From contig JBAWVI010000042.1 in NCBI GenBank assembly GCA_037147375.1, forward strand, positions 1 through 8,233: a stretch of 8,233 bases of DNA, in the 5' to 3' direction. The notes below the pieces were generated by a model. The model saw only the letters and a list, made by a program, of their open reading frames with translations. It was not told where the DNA came from and searched no databases. The position numbers and the translations under genes are program-made. Below, in pieces: positions 1 to 6,570 of the stretch (position 1 is the stretch's first letter; every line of letters starts with the position of its first letter). This DNA comes from an archaeon. Its GTDB lineage: Archaea; Iainarchaeota; Iainarchaeia; Iainarchaeales; CSSED10-239.

Positions 1-3000
1 CAGAAACAAGAACTTGTACAGCTGGAACTTTATCAGGAAGTTACACAGCAACAGGTTGTACTGCTGGTTGTATAGGCACACCTTGGGGTTCAGTAGTAAG
101 TGGTTATTCTAATACTGCATGGGCAGCAACAACTGCAGATATTTGTTCATCTCAAACTAGAACTTGTACAGCTGGAACTTTATCAGGGAGTTATACAGCA
201 ACAGGTTGTGCAGTAAATTCATATACAGTAACTTGTTCAGCAGGAAGTGGAGGTTCATGTTCAGCTCCTTCTGTATCAGTACCTTATAGTGGAATAACAA
301 GCTTTACAATAACTCCAAGTTCAGGATATTATATTTCTTCAGTTTCAGGTTGTGGTGGTTCAGGAACAACAACATATACAACAGGAACAATTACAGGAGC
401 TTGTACAGTAACTGCAACATTTACATATTCATATACATCTTGCAATGCAATTTTATTAGCTGGAGCTTCAACAGGAAGTGGAATATATACAATTGATCCT
501 GATGGTTTGGGTGGAAATGCAGCAATAAGTGCATATTGTGATATGACAACTAGTGGAGGAGGATGGACAAGAGTTGCAAATATAAGAGCAGATATTCCTC
601 TATGTGCTTATAATGTAGCTCAAGGATCTAATACAGATATAATTACTGATACAAGTACAACTGGTATATTATCTCCTACTACAATTAATTTAATTACAAA
701 TTCAGCTCCATTAAATGGAGTTATGGTAAAACTTGATGAAGGTAGTTATTATATTTATAAATCAATAGATAGTATATTTACTTGGAATAATATTGCAGCT
801 AATATTTTAAGTAAAAATATACAAAATTATACGATACAGGGTTCAAAGAATGGTGGAGCATATACTACACCAACTAATAGTACTGGTTGTGATCCTAATG
901 GTTGTGTAATGGGTGGAACAGATTCTACAATTGGTGGATGGTCTACAATTATGGGAATTGGTCCATATGCTAGAGGTTCAGCTACACAAGATGCAACTTG
1001 TATTTCTGGAAGTACTAGTTGGAAAGGATTATATTCTGGTGTTGTAGGAAATGCTGCTAATTGGGGTTACACAGGAAAAGTATATATTAAAGAATCAAAT
1101 TTAGTTTCAAACTGGAAATTTAATGAAATAAGTGGAACAAGCGCTATAGATAGTGTAGGTGGTAATAATGGTACACTTACAAATGGCCCAACCTGGACAA
1201 CTTTAGGAAAAATGGCTAATGCATTAACATTTGATGGTGTGGACGATCAAGTTGTATTAGGAACTTGGGTTACTCCAGGTAATTCTAAATGGACTATATC
1301 TGCTTGGGTAAAAACAACATCAGAAGGACCTGTATTATCACATAATTCTGGTGGTCCAGTTTCAAGTGCATTTGGTGTAGAGAGTGGTAAGATACTTCAT
1401 AAAAATTATGATGGAACATGGAATTCTCATTATGGTACAACAACAGTAACTGATGGTGTATGGCATCTTCTTACTTGGGTAAACATAAGTGCAAGTCCAA
1501 TGACTATGCAGATGTATGTTGATGGAGTTGCACAAGGAAGTACATTTAGTTCAGCTGGTGGTGGTGGAGTAGTTAATGCAATTGGTCGTGCATGGTATGG
1601 ATCAATGAATGGAAGTATTGATGATGTACGTTATTATAATCGTGCACTTACTACATCGGAAGTTTTAGAACTCTATACATCTGCACCTTGTTCTGCAACT
1701 GGTGGGGTAGTAACTGTTGTAGATGGTTATCGTATCCATACATTCACAAGCTCTGGAACTTTCACACCAAATTGTTCAATGAATGTTGAAACTTTAGTTG
1801 TTGGTGGTGGTGGAGGAGGTGGAACTTACTATTCTGGACCTCCTGGTGGAGGTGGAGGAGCAGGTGGATTAATATATAATTCAACATATGCTGTAACTCC
1901 ACAAGCCTATTCAATAACTGTTGGTAATGGAGGTGCAGCAAATTATAGTGGTACAAATAGTGTATTTGGTTCATTAACAGCAATTGGTGGAGGTCGTGGT
2001 GGAAATAATAACCAACTTCCAGCAAGTGGAGGTTCTGGTGGTGCAAGAGCATATTATAGTGGTGTAGGATGTTCAACTAATGATACAACTTGTACAGTAT
2101 ATCCTGGAGGTGCAGGTACACCTGGACAAGGTAACAGAGGTTCAGGTATGGGTTGGTGTACTTATGCAACTGCTGGTGGTGGAGGTGCTGGTGGAATACC
2201 TGGTTGTTCATATATTGTTTATGAAAATGGTGGTTATGTTGGTTATGGTTCATATACTGCTGGAGCTGGACTAGCATATTCAATTTCAGGAACAAGTGTA
2301 ACTTATGCAACAGGTGGATTATATGATACTGCACCTGCAAATACAGGAAATGGTGGACGTGGTGGATTTACTGCTGATGATGCTGTATGTGGTGGTGGTT
2401 CAGGAATTGTTATAATACGTTATCCTTATTCAAAAGTTTTAACTTATACAGCAGGTACTGGAGGATCAATAAGTGGAACTTCTCCACAATCTGTTGCTCC
2501 AGGTGGTAATGGAACTGCAGTCACTGCTGTTCCAAATTCAGGTTATTTATTTTCAAGCTGGAGTGATGGTTCTACAGCAAACCCAAGAACAGATACAGGT
2601 GTAACTGCAAATATATCAGTAACTGCTAACTTTTTACTTAATACTTATACTTTAACATACACTGCAGGAGCAAATGGTTCTATTTCAGGAACATCTCCAC
2701 AAACTGTTATTTCAGGTTCAAATGGAACTGCAGTCACAGCAGTCCCAAGTTCTGGTTATCATTTCGTAAATTGGAGTGATGGAGTTACAACAGCAACTAG
2801 AACGGACACAAGCGTAACTGCAAATAAAGCAGTTACTGCAAACTTTGCAGTTGATATTTCTTATTCAATAGATTATGGTTTTACTGGTGGTTCTCAAAGC
2901 TTAAGTGTTCCTTATACTGGTTTATATAGAATTGAAACTTGGGGTGCACAAGGAGGAACTGGACCACATGGAGATGGAACTGAACTTGGAGGAAATGGGG

Positions 3001-3689
3001 GTTATACTGTAGGTACAATTTCATTGACGTCAGGAAATGCTTTGTATATTTATGTTGGAGGACAAAATTCATTTAATGGAGGAGGTGGAGGGGGTACTGG
3101 ATCTGGTTCTGATAATGGTCGTAATGGTGGTGGAGGTACTGATGTTAGATTAAATGGTACTGCGTTAACTGATCGTATAATTGTAGCTGGTGGTGGTGGT
3201 GGTTCTGGTGGAGCAGGTTCAGGTCATTATAGTAATTCAAGAGGTCCTAATGGAAATGTAGGAAATCCACAAATTACAAATTATTCTGGTTGGCCAGGAG
3301 AGCCAGCATATGCGGGTAGAGGTGGTGCTGGTTCAAATGGAAGTGGTTGGGGAGATAGTGGTGGAGATGGAGATCCAAGTTGGGGATATGCTGCTTATAA
3401 TTCTCCAGATGGAACATTAGGAGTAGGAGGAACTGTTGGTAATCAATATTATAGTATTGGTCGTGGAATATCTCAATTAGATACCTATGGTCCTGGTTCT
3501 GGTGGAGGAGGAGGAGGAGGCTATTACGGTGGTGGTGGTGGTGGTTCTGGTGCTGGATGGTGGGGTGGTTCTGGTGGAGCCGGTGGTGGAGGTTCCGCTT
3601 ATGTAGCTCCAAGTATGACAAGTACACAAATTACTGCTGGAGGAAGAACAGGAAATGGATATGCAAGATTAACTCTTGTGTATTCTTAG
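1..3689 (+). CDS. 5'-truncated giant secreted/surface mosaic protein (at least 1228 aa in window), putative adhesin-like: Cys-repeat / divergent InlB B-repeat / fibrinogen-like domain / LamG / polyglycine domain / 2x InlB-Flg_new B-repeat / ALK-LTK-type Gly_rich domain
   Basis: I translated nt 3-506 by eye in the same frame as the track ORF and found no stop (ETRTCTAGTLSGSYTATGCTAGCIGTPWGS...YTSCNAILLAGASTGSGIYTIDPDG). The ORF is therefore open to the window edge, and the TTG at 507 is not the real start. It ends at TAG 3687-3689, followed immediately by in-frame TGA 3690-3692. Recognisable domain signatures run along its whole length (see sub-features). The Thr/Gly/Ser-rich composition is typical of extracellular proteins. 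No C-terminal TM or sorting signal is visible (it ends ...GNGYARLTLVYS). Confidence 0.93.
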   Translation, partial: ETRTCTAGTLSGSYTATGCTAGCIGTPWGSVVSGYSNTAWAATTADICSSQTRTCTAGTLSGSYTATGCAVNSYTVTCSAGSGGSCSAPSVSVPYSGITSFTITPSSGYYISSVSGCGGSGTTTYTTGTITGACTVTATFTYSYTSCNAILLAGASTGSGIYTIDPDGLGGNAAISAYCDMTTSGGGWTRVANIRADIPLCAYNVAQGSNTDIITDTSTTGILSPTTINLITNSAPLNGVMVKLDEGSYYIYKSIDSIFTWNNIAANILSKNIQNYTIQGSKNGGAYTTPTNSTGCDPNGCVMGGTDSTIGGWSTIMGIGPYARGSATQDATCISGSTSWKGLYSGVVGNAANWGYTGKVYIKESNLVSNWKFNEISGTSAIDSVGGNNGTLTNGPTWTTLGKMANALTFDGVDDQVVLGTWVTPGNSKWTISAWVKTTSEGPVLSHNSGGPVSSAFGVESGKILHKNYDGTWNSHYGTTTVTDGVWHLLTWVNISASPMTMQMYVDGVAQGSTFSSAGGGGVVNAIGRAWYGSMNGSIDDVRYYNRALTTSEVLELYTSAPCSATGGVVTVVDGYRIHTFTSSGTFTPNCSMNVETLVVGGGGGGGTYYSGPPGGGGGAGGLIYNSTYAVTPQAYSITVGNGGAANYSGTNSVFGSLTAIGGGRGGNNNQLPASGGSGGARAYYSGVGCSTNDTTCTVYPGGAGTPGQGNRGSGMGWCTYATAGGGGAGGIPGCSYIVYENGGYVGYGSYTAGAGLAYSISGTSVTYATGGLYDTAPANTGNGGRGGFTADDAVCGGGSGIVIIRYPYSKVLTYTAGTGGSISGTSPQSVAPGGNGTAVTAVPNSGYLFSSWSDGSTANPRTDTGVTANISVTANFLLNTYTLTYTAGANGSISGTSPQTVISGSNGTAVTAVPSSGYHFVNWSDGVTTATRTDTSVTANKAVTANFAVDISYSIDYGFTGGSQSLSVPYTGLYRIETWGAQGGTGPHGDGTELGGNGGYTVGTISLTSGNALYIYVGGQNSFNGGGGGGTGSGSDNGRNGGGGTDVRLNGTALTDRIIVAGGGGGSGGAGSGHYSNSRGPNGNVGNPQITNYSGWPGEPAYAGRGGAGSNGSGWGDSGGDGDPSWGYAAYNSPDGTLGVGGTVGNQYYSIGRGISQLDTYGPGSGGGGGGGYYGGGGGGSGAGWWGGSGGAGGGGSAYVAPSMTSTQITAGGRTGNGYARLTLVYS
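9..209 (+). repeat. Intragenic tandem repeat, 150-nt (50-aa) period, Cys-containing module
   Basis: The 51-nt cores 9-59 and 159-209 are 49/51 identical, differing at 38/188 (a/g) and 44/194 (c/t). They encode (E/Q)TRTCTAGTLSGSYTATGC. The first copy abuts the window edge, so further copies may lie upstream. Confidence 0.85.
222..422 (+). other. Divergent InlB B-repeat-like module (domain of the giant CDS)
   Basis: YTVTCSAGSGGSCSAPSVSVPYSGITSFTITPSSGYYISSVSGCGGSGTTTYTTGTITGACTVTATF fits the Y-T-V-T...G-x-G...S-G-(Y/F)...W/V-S-G-C...C-T-V-T-A-T-F pattern of divergent InlB B-repeat (Flg_new_2-type) modules. This is recognised by pattern only. Confidence 0.55.
441..1095 (+). other. Fibrinogen-related-domain-like module (YCDM..GGGWT signature)
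   Basis: SCNAILLAGASTGSGIYTIDPDGLGGNAAISAYCDMTTSGGGWTRV closely matches the N-terminal signature of fibrinogen C-terminal globular domains (C-x6-G-x3/4-SG-x-Y-x-I-x-P ... YCDM-x-T-x-GGGWT). The block before LamG is about 218 aa, which is FReD-sized. The canonical downstream QRR/DGS/GFG motifs are not seen. Confidence 0.65.
1101..1676 (+). other. LamG / concanavalin-A-like lectin domain (Laminin_G_3 type)
   Basis: It has the classic start LVSNWKFNEISGTSAIDSVGGNNGTLTNGPTWTTLGKMANALTFDGVDDQVVLG, the mid motif WTISAWVK, and the classic end MNGSIDDVRYYNRALTTSEVLELY. Confidence 0.85.
1701..2429 (+). other. Glycine-rich domain, type 1 (H-x-F-T-SSGTF + VVGGGGGGG family seen in bacterial/phage proteins)
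   Basis: The segment reads GGVVTVVDGYRIHTFTSSGTFTPNCSMNVETLVVGGGGGGGTYYSGPPGGGGGAGGLIYN...SITVGNGGAAN...TAIGGGRGG...CGGGSGIVIIRYPY. Repeated GGxGG blocks are separated by short beta-like segments. Confidence 0.7.
2439..2846 (+). repeat. Two tandem 71-aa (213-nt) InlB B-repeat / Flg_new (Listeria-Bacteroides repeat) modules
   Basis: Copy 1 (2439-2633) is LTYTAGTGGSISGTSPQSVAPGGNGTAVTAVPNSGYLFSSWSDGSTANPRTDTGVTANISVTANF. Copy 2 (2652-2846) is LTYTAGANGSISGTSPQTVISGSNGTAVTAVPSSGYHFVNWSDGVTTATRTDTSVTANKAVTANF. They share the 17-nt identical core aatggaactgcagtcac. Confidence 0.85.
2862..3686 (+). other. Glycine-rich domain, type 2 (Pfam Gly_rich-like, the family that includes the ALK/LTK extracellular glycine-rich domain)
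   Basis: The segment reads YSIDYGFTGGSQSLSVPYTGLYRIETWGAQGGTG...GGNGGYTVGTISLTSGNALYIYVGGQ...NGGGGTDVRLNGTALTDRIIVAGGGGGSGG...GGGGGGGYYGGGGGGSGAGWWGGSGGAGGGGSAYV...GNGYARLTLV. This is the F-x-YTG-x-Q-x-F-x-VP-x-G-x-Y-x-IE-x-WGAQGG ... LYVYVGG ... GGGG-TD-(I/V)-R ... R-I-x-VAGGGGG pattern. Confidence 0.75.
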
Positions 3690-3721
3690 TGAATATTATT
3701 ATTATTATTTTAAAATTATAA

Positions 3722-3759
3722 AAATATAAATAACTAAAAAGAGATACTTGCGTATCTCT
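3722..3759 (-). terminator. Intrinsic-terminator-like hairpin plus T-tract overlapping the stop codon of the cysteine-synthase-like gene
   Basis: On the minus strand, AGAGATAC-GCAA-GTATCTCT (3759..3740) forms an 8-bp stem with a 4-nt loop. It is followed directly by TTT-TAG-TTATTTATATTTTTA. The 44-nt convergent spacer 3690-3733 contains a single G. Confidence 0.4.
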
Positions 3760-4639
3760 CAAATCTATCTGGAAATATCATTAAATAATTTCTTGCTTTT
3801 TTTTCTTCACCTCCATTTTCTTTTTCTTCTTTTTCTAAATACCTTTTTACTACCGAATATACTGCTCCTGAACTTATTCCTACTAAGAGACCTTTGTCTC
3901 TTATTAATTCTTTTGTTGCTTTGTATGACTCACCTGTGCACGCAGTCTCTATCTTATCAAAGTACTTTGTTGTATATATTTCTGGAACAATTGCTTCTGA
4001 CATGTTCTTTAACCCAAATATCTTATGATTTAATTCAGGTTCAATTGCAATTGTCTTAATGTCTGGATTATATTCTTTTAAAGCCTTTGATAAACCAACA
4101 GCTGTTCCTGAAGTACCAAGACCAATAAAGATATGTGTGAGGTCTGGTACTTGAGAAATAATCTCTCTTGCAGTCTGATAGTAATGTGTTAAAGGATTTA
4201 TTAAATTAGAAAATTGATTAGGTAAGAAGTATTTATCTGGATCTTTAGAATATATTTCTTTTAATAACCTAATTGAACCATCAGTTCCTTCTAGTCCAGG
4301 ACTAAATATTAATTTAGCACCTAATAACTCTAATATTCTTTTTCTTTCAGAACTAGCAGACTCACTTAAAACAATTTCAATCTCATACCCTTTTACTGCA
4401 GCAACCATTGAAAGACCAATTGCTGTGTTTCCTGAACTTGCCTCAAGTATAATCTTATCTTTTGTAAGTAAACCTTGTTTTTCTGCAAAATCAATTATAT
4501 TATATGCAATCCTATCTTTTATAGAACCCCCAATATTAAATCCTTCAAGTTTTGCAAAAAGATTTATGTTTTTAGAAGTTGGATTATCTAACTTAATAAC
4601 TGGAGTGTTTCCTATTAAATCAAAGATACTAGTAACAGG
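3734..4639 (-). CDS. Cysteine synthase family PLP-dependent enzyme (CysK/CysM-like; O-acetyl/O-phosphoserine sulfhydrylase type), start codon unresolved
   Basis: The track ORF 3734..4408 carries NQFSNLINPLTHYYQTAREI, GLGTSGTAVG, HKIFGLKNM, VGISSGAV and the C-terminal IFPDRFERYASISF. Reading the same frame upstream (4639..4409) gives 77 further sense codons: PVTSIFDLIGNTPVIKL...FAKLEGFNIGGSIKDRIA (PLP lysine)...LEASSGNTAIGLS (Asn loop). The homology-supported body is therefore 301 aa, but no ATG/GTG/TTG occurs in 4639..4409. TAG at 4642..4640 bounds the frame. The stop is TAG 3736..3734. Confidence 0.9.
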   Translation of the reverse strand, partial: PVTSIFDLIGNTPVIKLDNPTSKNINLFAKLEGFNIGGSIKDRIAYNIIDFAEKQGLLTKDKIILEASSGNTAIGLSMVAAVKGYEIEIVLSESASSERKRILELLGAKLIFSPGLEGTDGSIRLLKEIYSKDPDKYFLPNQFSNLINPLTHYYQTAREIISQVPDLTHIFIGLGTSGTAVGLSKALKEYNPDIKTIAIEPELNHKIFGLKNMSEAIVPEIYTTKYFDKIETACTGESYKATKELIRDKGLLVGISSGAVYSVVKRYLEKEEKENGGEEKKARNYLMIFPDRFERYASISF

Positions 4640-4697
4640 CTAATTTACTACCATTTATTTTTTTAAATTTATATTTTTTTATAAGATCTACGCTCAT
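4629..4697 (-). CDS. Candidate 22-codon upstream ORF / possible true 5' end of the cysteine-synthase-like gene in another frame
   Basis: GGAGG (4709..4705) is followed by a 7-nt spacer and ATG (4697..4695). The ORF encodes MSVDLIKKYKFKKINGSKLACY and ends at TAG (4631..4629). It overlaps the first codons of the conserved cysteine-synthase frame, which lies one nucleotide downstream (+1). No homology is recognisable. Confidence 0.3.
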   Translation of the reverse strand: MSVDLIKKYKFKKINGSKLACY

Positions 4698-4888
4698 ATT
4701 TATTCCTCCATATTTTTATTTACTAGATTAAAATAAGTAATTACAAGTATAACTAACAGAAACAGTAACAATAAAATAATTTTCTTGCAATCATAAATAG
4801 ATATGAGAGATTAAGTTTATAAATATATCAAACTTTACATCTGGTTTTCGTTAGTATCGAATACTCTTGATTTGCTATCTTTAATAGT

Positions 4889-5629
4889 TTATTTAAATTG
4901 TTCAATAATCTCATTACAAACATCTTTGAAATTTGGCACATTAGATATTAATCCTGATAATTCAGAATCCCAAATTGATTGCTTATCCAATAATCTATTT
5001 TTAAATACCTTTATATCAAACTTTTCTTTAAAAAACAAGAACTTATTATCAACAAGATTTATATTTATATTTGTCTTTGCTTTCAACAAGTACCATAAAT
5101 CATAAACGTCTCTTGCTTTATCTCTCATGATTATTGCTCTTAATTTTTCAGTAAGTATTTCCTCTTTGTTCATTACATAAACATCAAATGAAGGAATCTC
5201 TCTTTGAGAGATTATTTTTACAATTTCAGGAGATACAAGCAAATTATCCCTATAACTTATATCTAGTATTATTTTGCATAAACTATTTCTTGTTCCATTA
5301 TATAATGGACCATAAATTCGTAATGTAATTTTAGTTGTTTTTTCTTGAAATTCTTTTTCTTCAAGTTCAAACTCTATTTGAAAAGCTTTCAGTTTGGATT
5401 TTAACTTATTTGTATCAAAATGAACTTTAGAAGTAAAATCAAGGTCTTCTGAAAACCTATCAAGTCCATAACATTTTGATAAAGCAGTTCCACCTTTGAA
5501 AATAAGCTCATTTGCATATATTCTATATATGCAGAACAATACAATATTTTGCATATAATCTTTTTCAGCCTGTCCTATATTAAAAAGGGAATGCTTATAA
5601 TATTCTTTTAATTCTTCTTTAGTAATCAT
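4889..5629 (-). CDS. abiEii: AbiEii/AbiGii-family nucleotidyltransferase toxin (DUF1814), type IV toxin-antitoxin system
   Basis: The NTase motif is LIFKGGTALSKCYGLDRFSEDLDF. A second acidic motif is ILDISY. The C-terminal family motif is EKLRAIIMRDKARDVYDLWYL. GGAGG lies 8 nt upstream of the ATG, inside the upstream gene. The start overlaps the antitoxin stop as ATGA (5626-5629). The stop is TAA. Confidence 0.88.
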   Translation of the reverse strand: MITKEELKEYYKHSLFNIGQAEKDYMQNIVLFCIYRIYANELIFKGGTALSKCYGLDRFSEDLDFTSKVHFDTNKLKSKLKAFQIEFELEEKEFQEKTTKITLRIYGPLYNGTRNSLCKIILDISYRDNLLVSPEIVKIISQREIPSFDVYVMNKEEILTEKLRAIIMRDKARDVYDLWYLLKAKTNININLVDNKFLFFKEKFDIKVFKNRLLDKQSIWDSELSGLISNVPNFKDVCNEIIEQFK

Positions 5630-6300
5630 AATTTAAGCCTCCATTTAGTGTTTGTATTATTATATTCTTTAAGAAATGAATTTAAAATCACATAATTACT
5701 ATTAAGTTTGAAATCAGAACTAATATCTATTTGTTTATAGTTTTCTAATAAGTATCCTACTTTTTTGATAATTGATTGCTTCCTAATTATCTTAAGATAA
5801 GATATAATTTTGTTTTTATTAAAATCTCCTTTTGAAACTAAATTAATAATTTCATCAAAATTTCCAAATTCTTTAGAATAGAGTAATGCATCAATAAGTA
5901 ACTTATTATCATCCGCAATAAAAAGATTATTTATTTTTTCATATCCAAATAAATATTTGGTTTTAATAAATTTTATTGTGTAGTTATTAAATCTAATTTG
6001 ATGTTTTTTAATTGTAGTAAATATATTTATCCTATTCACAATTTGATCAGTATATCCTTTGTGATAAGATGCATACCATCCACTAATATATGAAGGATAT
6101 ACTATATTTGAGGATATTTCCTCTATTATTGTATTAGATGTATATATACCTGGACAAACCTTCCAAACATATTTTTGTTTAAGTAATCTGTTTATAACAG
6201 TTTTTGCATAGTTTCTATTGGAATTTAAAATTCTCTGTATGTCTATTAATTTGAAAGTAGGATAAGATCTTAATATTTCTAATAATTTAATTGCTTTCAT
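5626..6300 (-). CDS. AbiEi-like antitoxin / winged-HTH transcriptional regulator partner of the downstream DUF1814 toxin
   Basis: The gene order and 4-nt ATGA overlap with the toxin are typical of AbiE modules. The N-terminus looks wHTH-like (FKLIDIQRILNSNRNYAKTVINRLLKQKYVWKVCPGIY). It shares motif-level similarity with the other antitoxin in the window (P-x-Y-(I/V)-S; F-G-(Y/F)-x-K; IAD-x-x-K-x-(L/I)-(I/L)-D-(A/G)). The family call rests on context and pattern, not on a search. Confidence 0.7.
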   Translation of the reverse strand: MKAIKLLEILRSYPTFKLIDIQRILNSNRNYAKTVINRLLKQKYVWKVCPGIYTSNTIIEEISSNIVYPSYISGWYASYHKGYTDQIVNRINIFTTIKKHQIRFNNYTIKFIKTKYLFGYEKINNLFIADDNKLLIDALLYSKEFGNFDEIINLVSKGDFNKNKIISYLKIIRKQSIIKKVGYLLENYKQIDISSDFKLNSNYVILNSFLKEYNNTNTKWRLKL

Positions 6301-6321
6301 ATATCAATTATGTTAAAAAAG

Positions 6322-6348
6322 GTTTAAAAGGGTATCACTTTTGATACC
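6322..6348 (-). promoter_or_regulatory. Candidate promoter/operator of the left AbiE operon: TATA-like TTTTAAAC plus 7-4-7 palindrome
   Basis: On the minus strand, GGTATCA-AAAG-TGATACC (6348..6331) is a perfect 7-bp inverted repeat with a 4-nt spacer. It sits 1 nt upstream of TTTTAAAC (6329..6322), which ends 21 nt before the ATG at 6300. No SD is present, so the spacing fits a leaderless archaeal-type start. Confidence 0.4.
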
Positions 6349-6453
6349 TTTTACACCTAAAAGTAAGATTATTTTGGTTATTAAGTGATTAATTTATTTA
6401 ATTTCAAAGAAAATTCAGTAGAAATAATTAATATACAACTCTATGATTTGTAG

Positions 6454-6520
6454 CATACACAAAAGATCTATTTATGTGTGTTTAGTCATCCCTATATTAC
6501 ATATTTGTAATGTAGGGATG
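6454..6520. other. Two adjacent stem-loops (imperfect 6454-6480; strong 6487-6520), function unknown
   Basis: In 6487-6520 (catccctatattaca-tatt-tgtaatgtagggatg), 15 bp pair with one G-T/U wobble around a 4-nt loop. In 6454-6480 (catacacaaaagatct-a-tttatgtgtg), an imperfect palindrome is centred on agatct. Confidence 0.5.
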
Positions 6521-6570
6521 ATATGAATATATATTCCATAAAAGAGAAAGATTAATATATAAAGGTTGTC

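Noticed and set aside
507-509. TTG at 507 as the start of the 1060-aa ORF
   Set aside because: The same frame is open, with continuous domain-like coding sequence, from nt 3. The TTG is merely the first start-like codon after the window edge and falls inside the fibrinogen-like signature (DPDG-L-GGNAA).
9-2846. Diversity-generating retroelement (template/variable repeat pair) acting on the surface protein
   Set aside because: The repeat copies do not differ by an adenine-specific substitution pattern; the 9-59 vs 159-209 differences are a/g and c/t. No reverse transcriptase gene is present in the window.
1762-3627. Track ORFs 1762..2076(-), 2077..2340(-), 2080..2274(+), 2881..3072(-) and 3274..3627(-)
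   Set aside because: All lie inside the giant CDS. Their His/Leu/Gln/Val-rich low-complexity translations are what the antisense or off-frame reading of GGT/GGA/ACT-rich glycine-threonine coding sequence produces. They have no motifs or start context.
3695-3709. (ATT)5 microsatellite in the convergent spacer
   Set aside because: It is real but short and typical of AT-rich terminator spacers. Nothing suggests function beyond contributing T/A tracts.
3687-4642. Genome-wide reassignment of TAG to a sense codon (suggested by the in-frame TAG at 4642..4640 and by TAG-TGA tandem stops at 3687-3692)
   Set aside because: TAG appears to terminate two genes here at positions where homology ends: the giant gene, and the cysteine-synthase C-terminus ...ERYASISF. 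The giant ORF, over 1200 codons long, contains no internal TAG. A back-up stop soon after TAG is expected by chance in AT-rich DNA. Local readthrough or Pyl-type recoding at one site remains possible and is covered in the findings.
3748-4643. Plus-strand ORFs 3748..4059 and 4425..4643
   Set aside because: They are antisense to the strongly supported cysteine-synthase-family gene and give Leu/Phe-rich nonsense translations. ORF 4425..4643 covers exactly the conserved N-terminal region that the track missed on the minus strand.
4872-5105. Plus-strand ORF 4872..5105 (77 aa)
   Set aside because: It is antisense to the AbiEii toxin gene, low-complexity, and has no motif support.
3734-5629. Functional coupling of the CysK-like enzyme to a toxin (by analogy to CysK-activated CdiA toxins) or to the adjacent AbiE operon
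   Set aside because: The idea rests only on co-orientation and a 245-nt gap. No toxin here ends in a CysE-like GYGI-type tail, and no CDI components are present. Housekeeping cysteine synthesis is the simpler reading.
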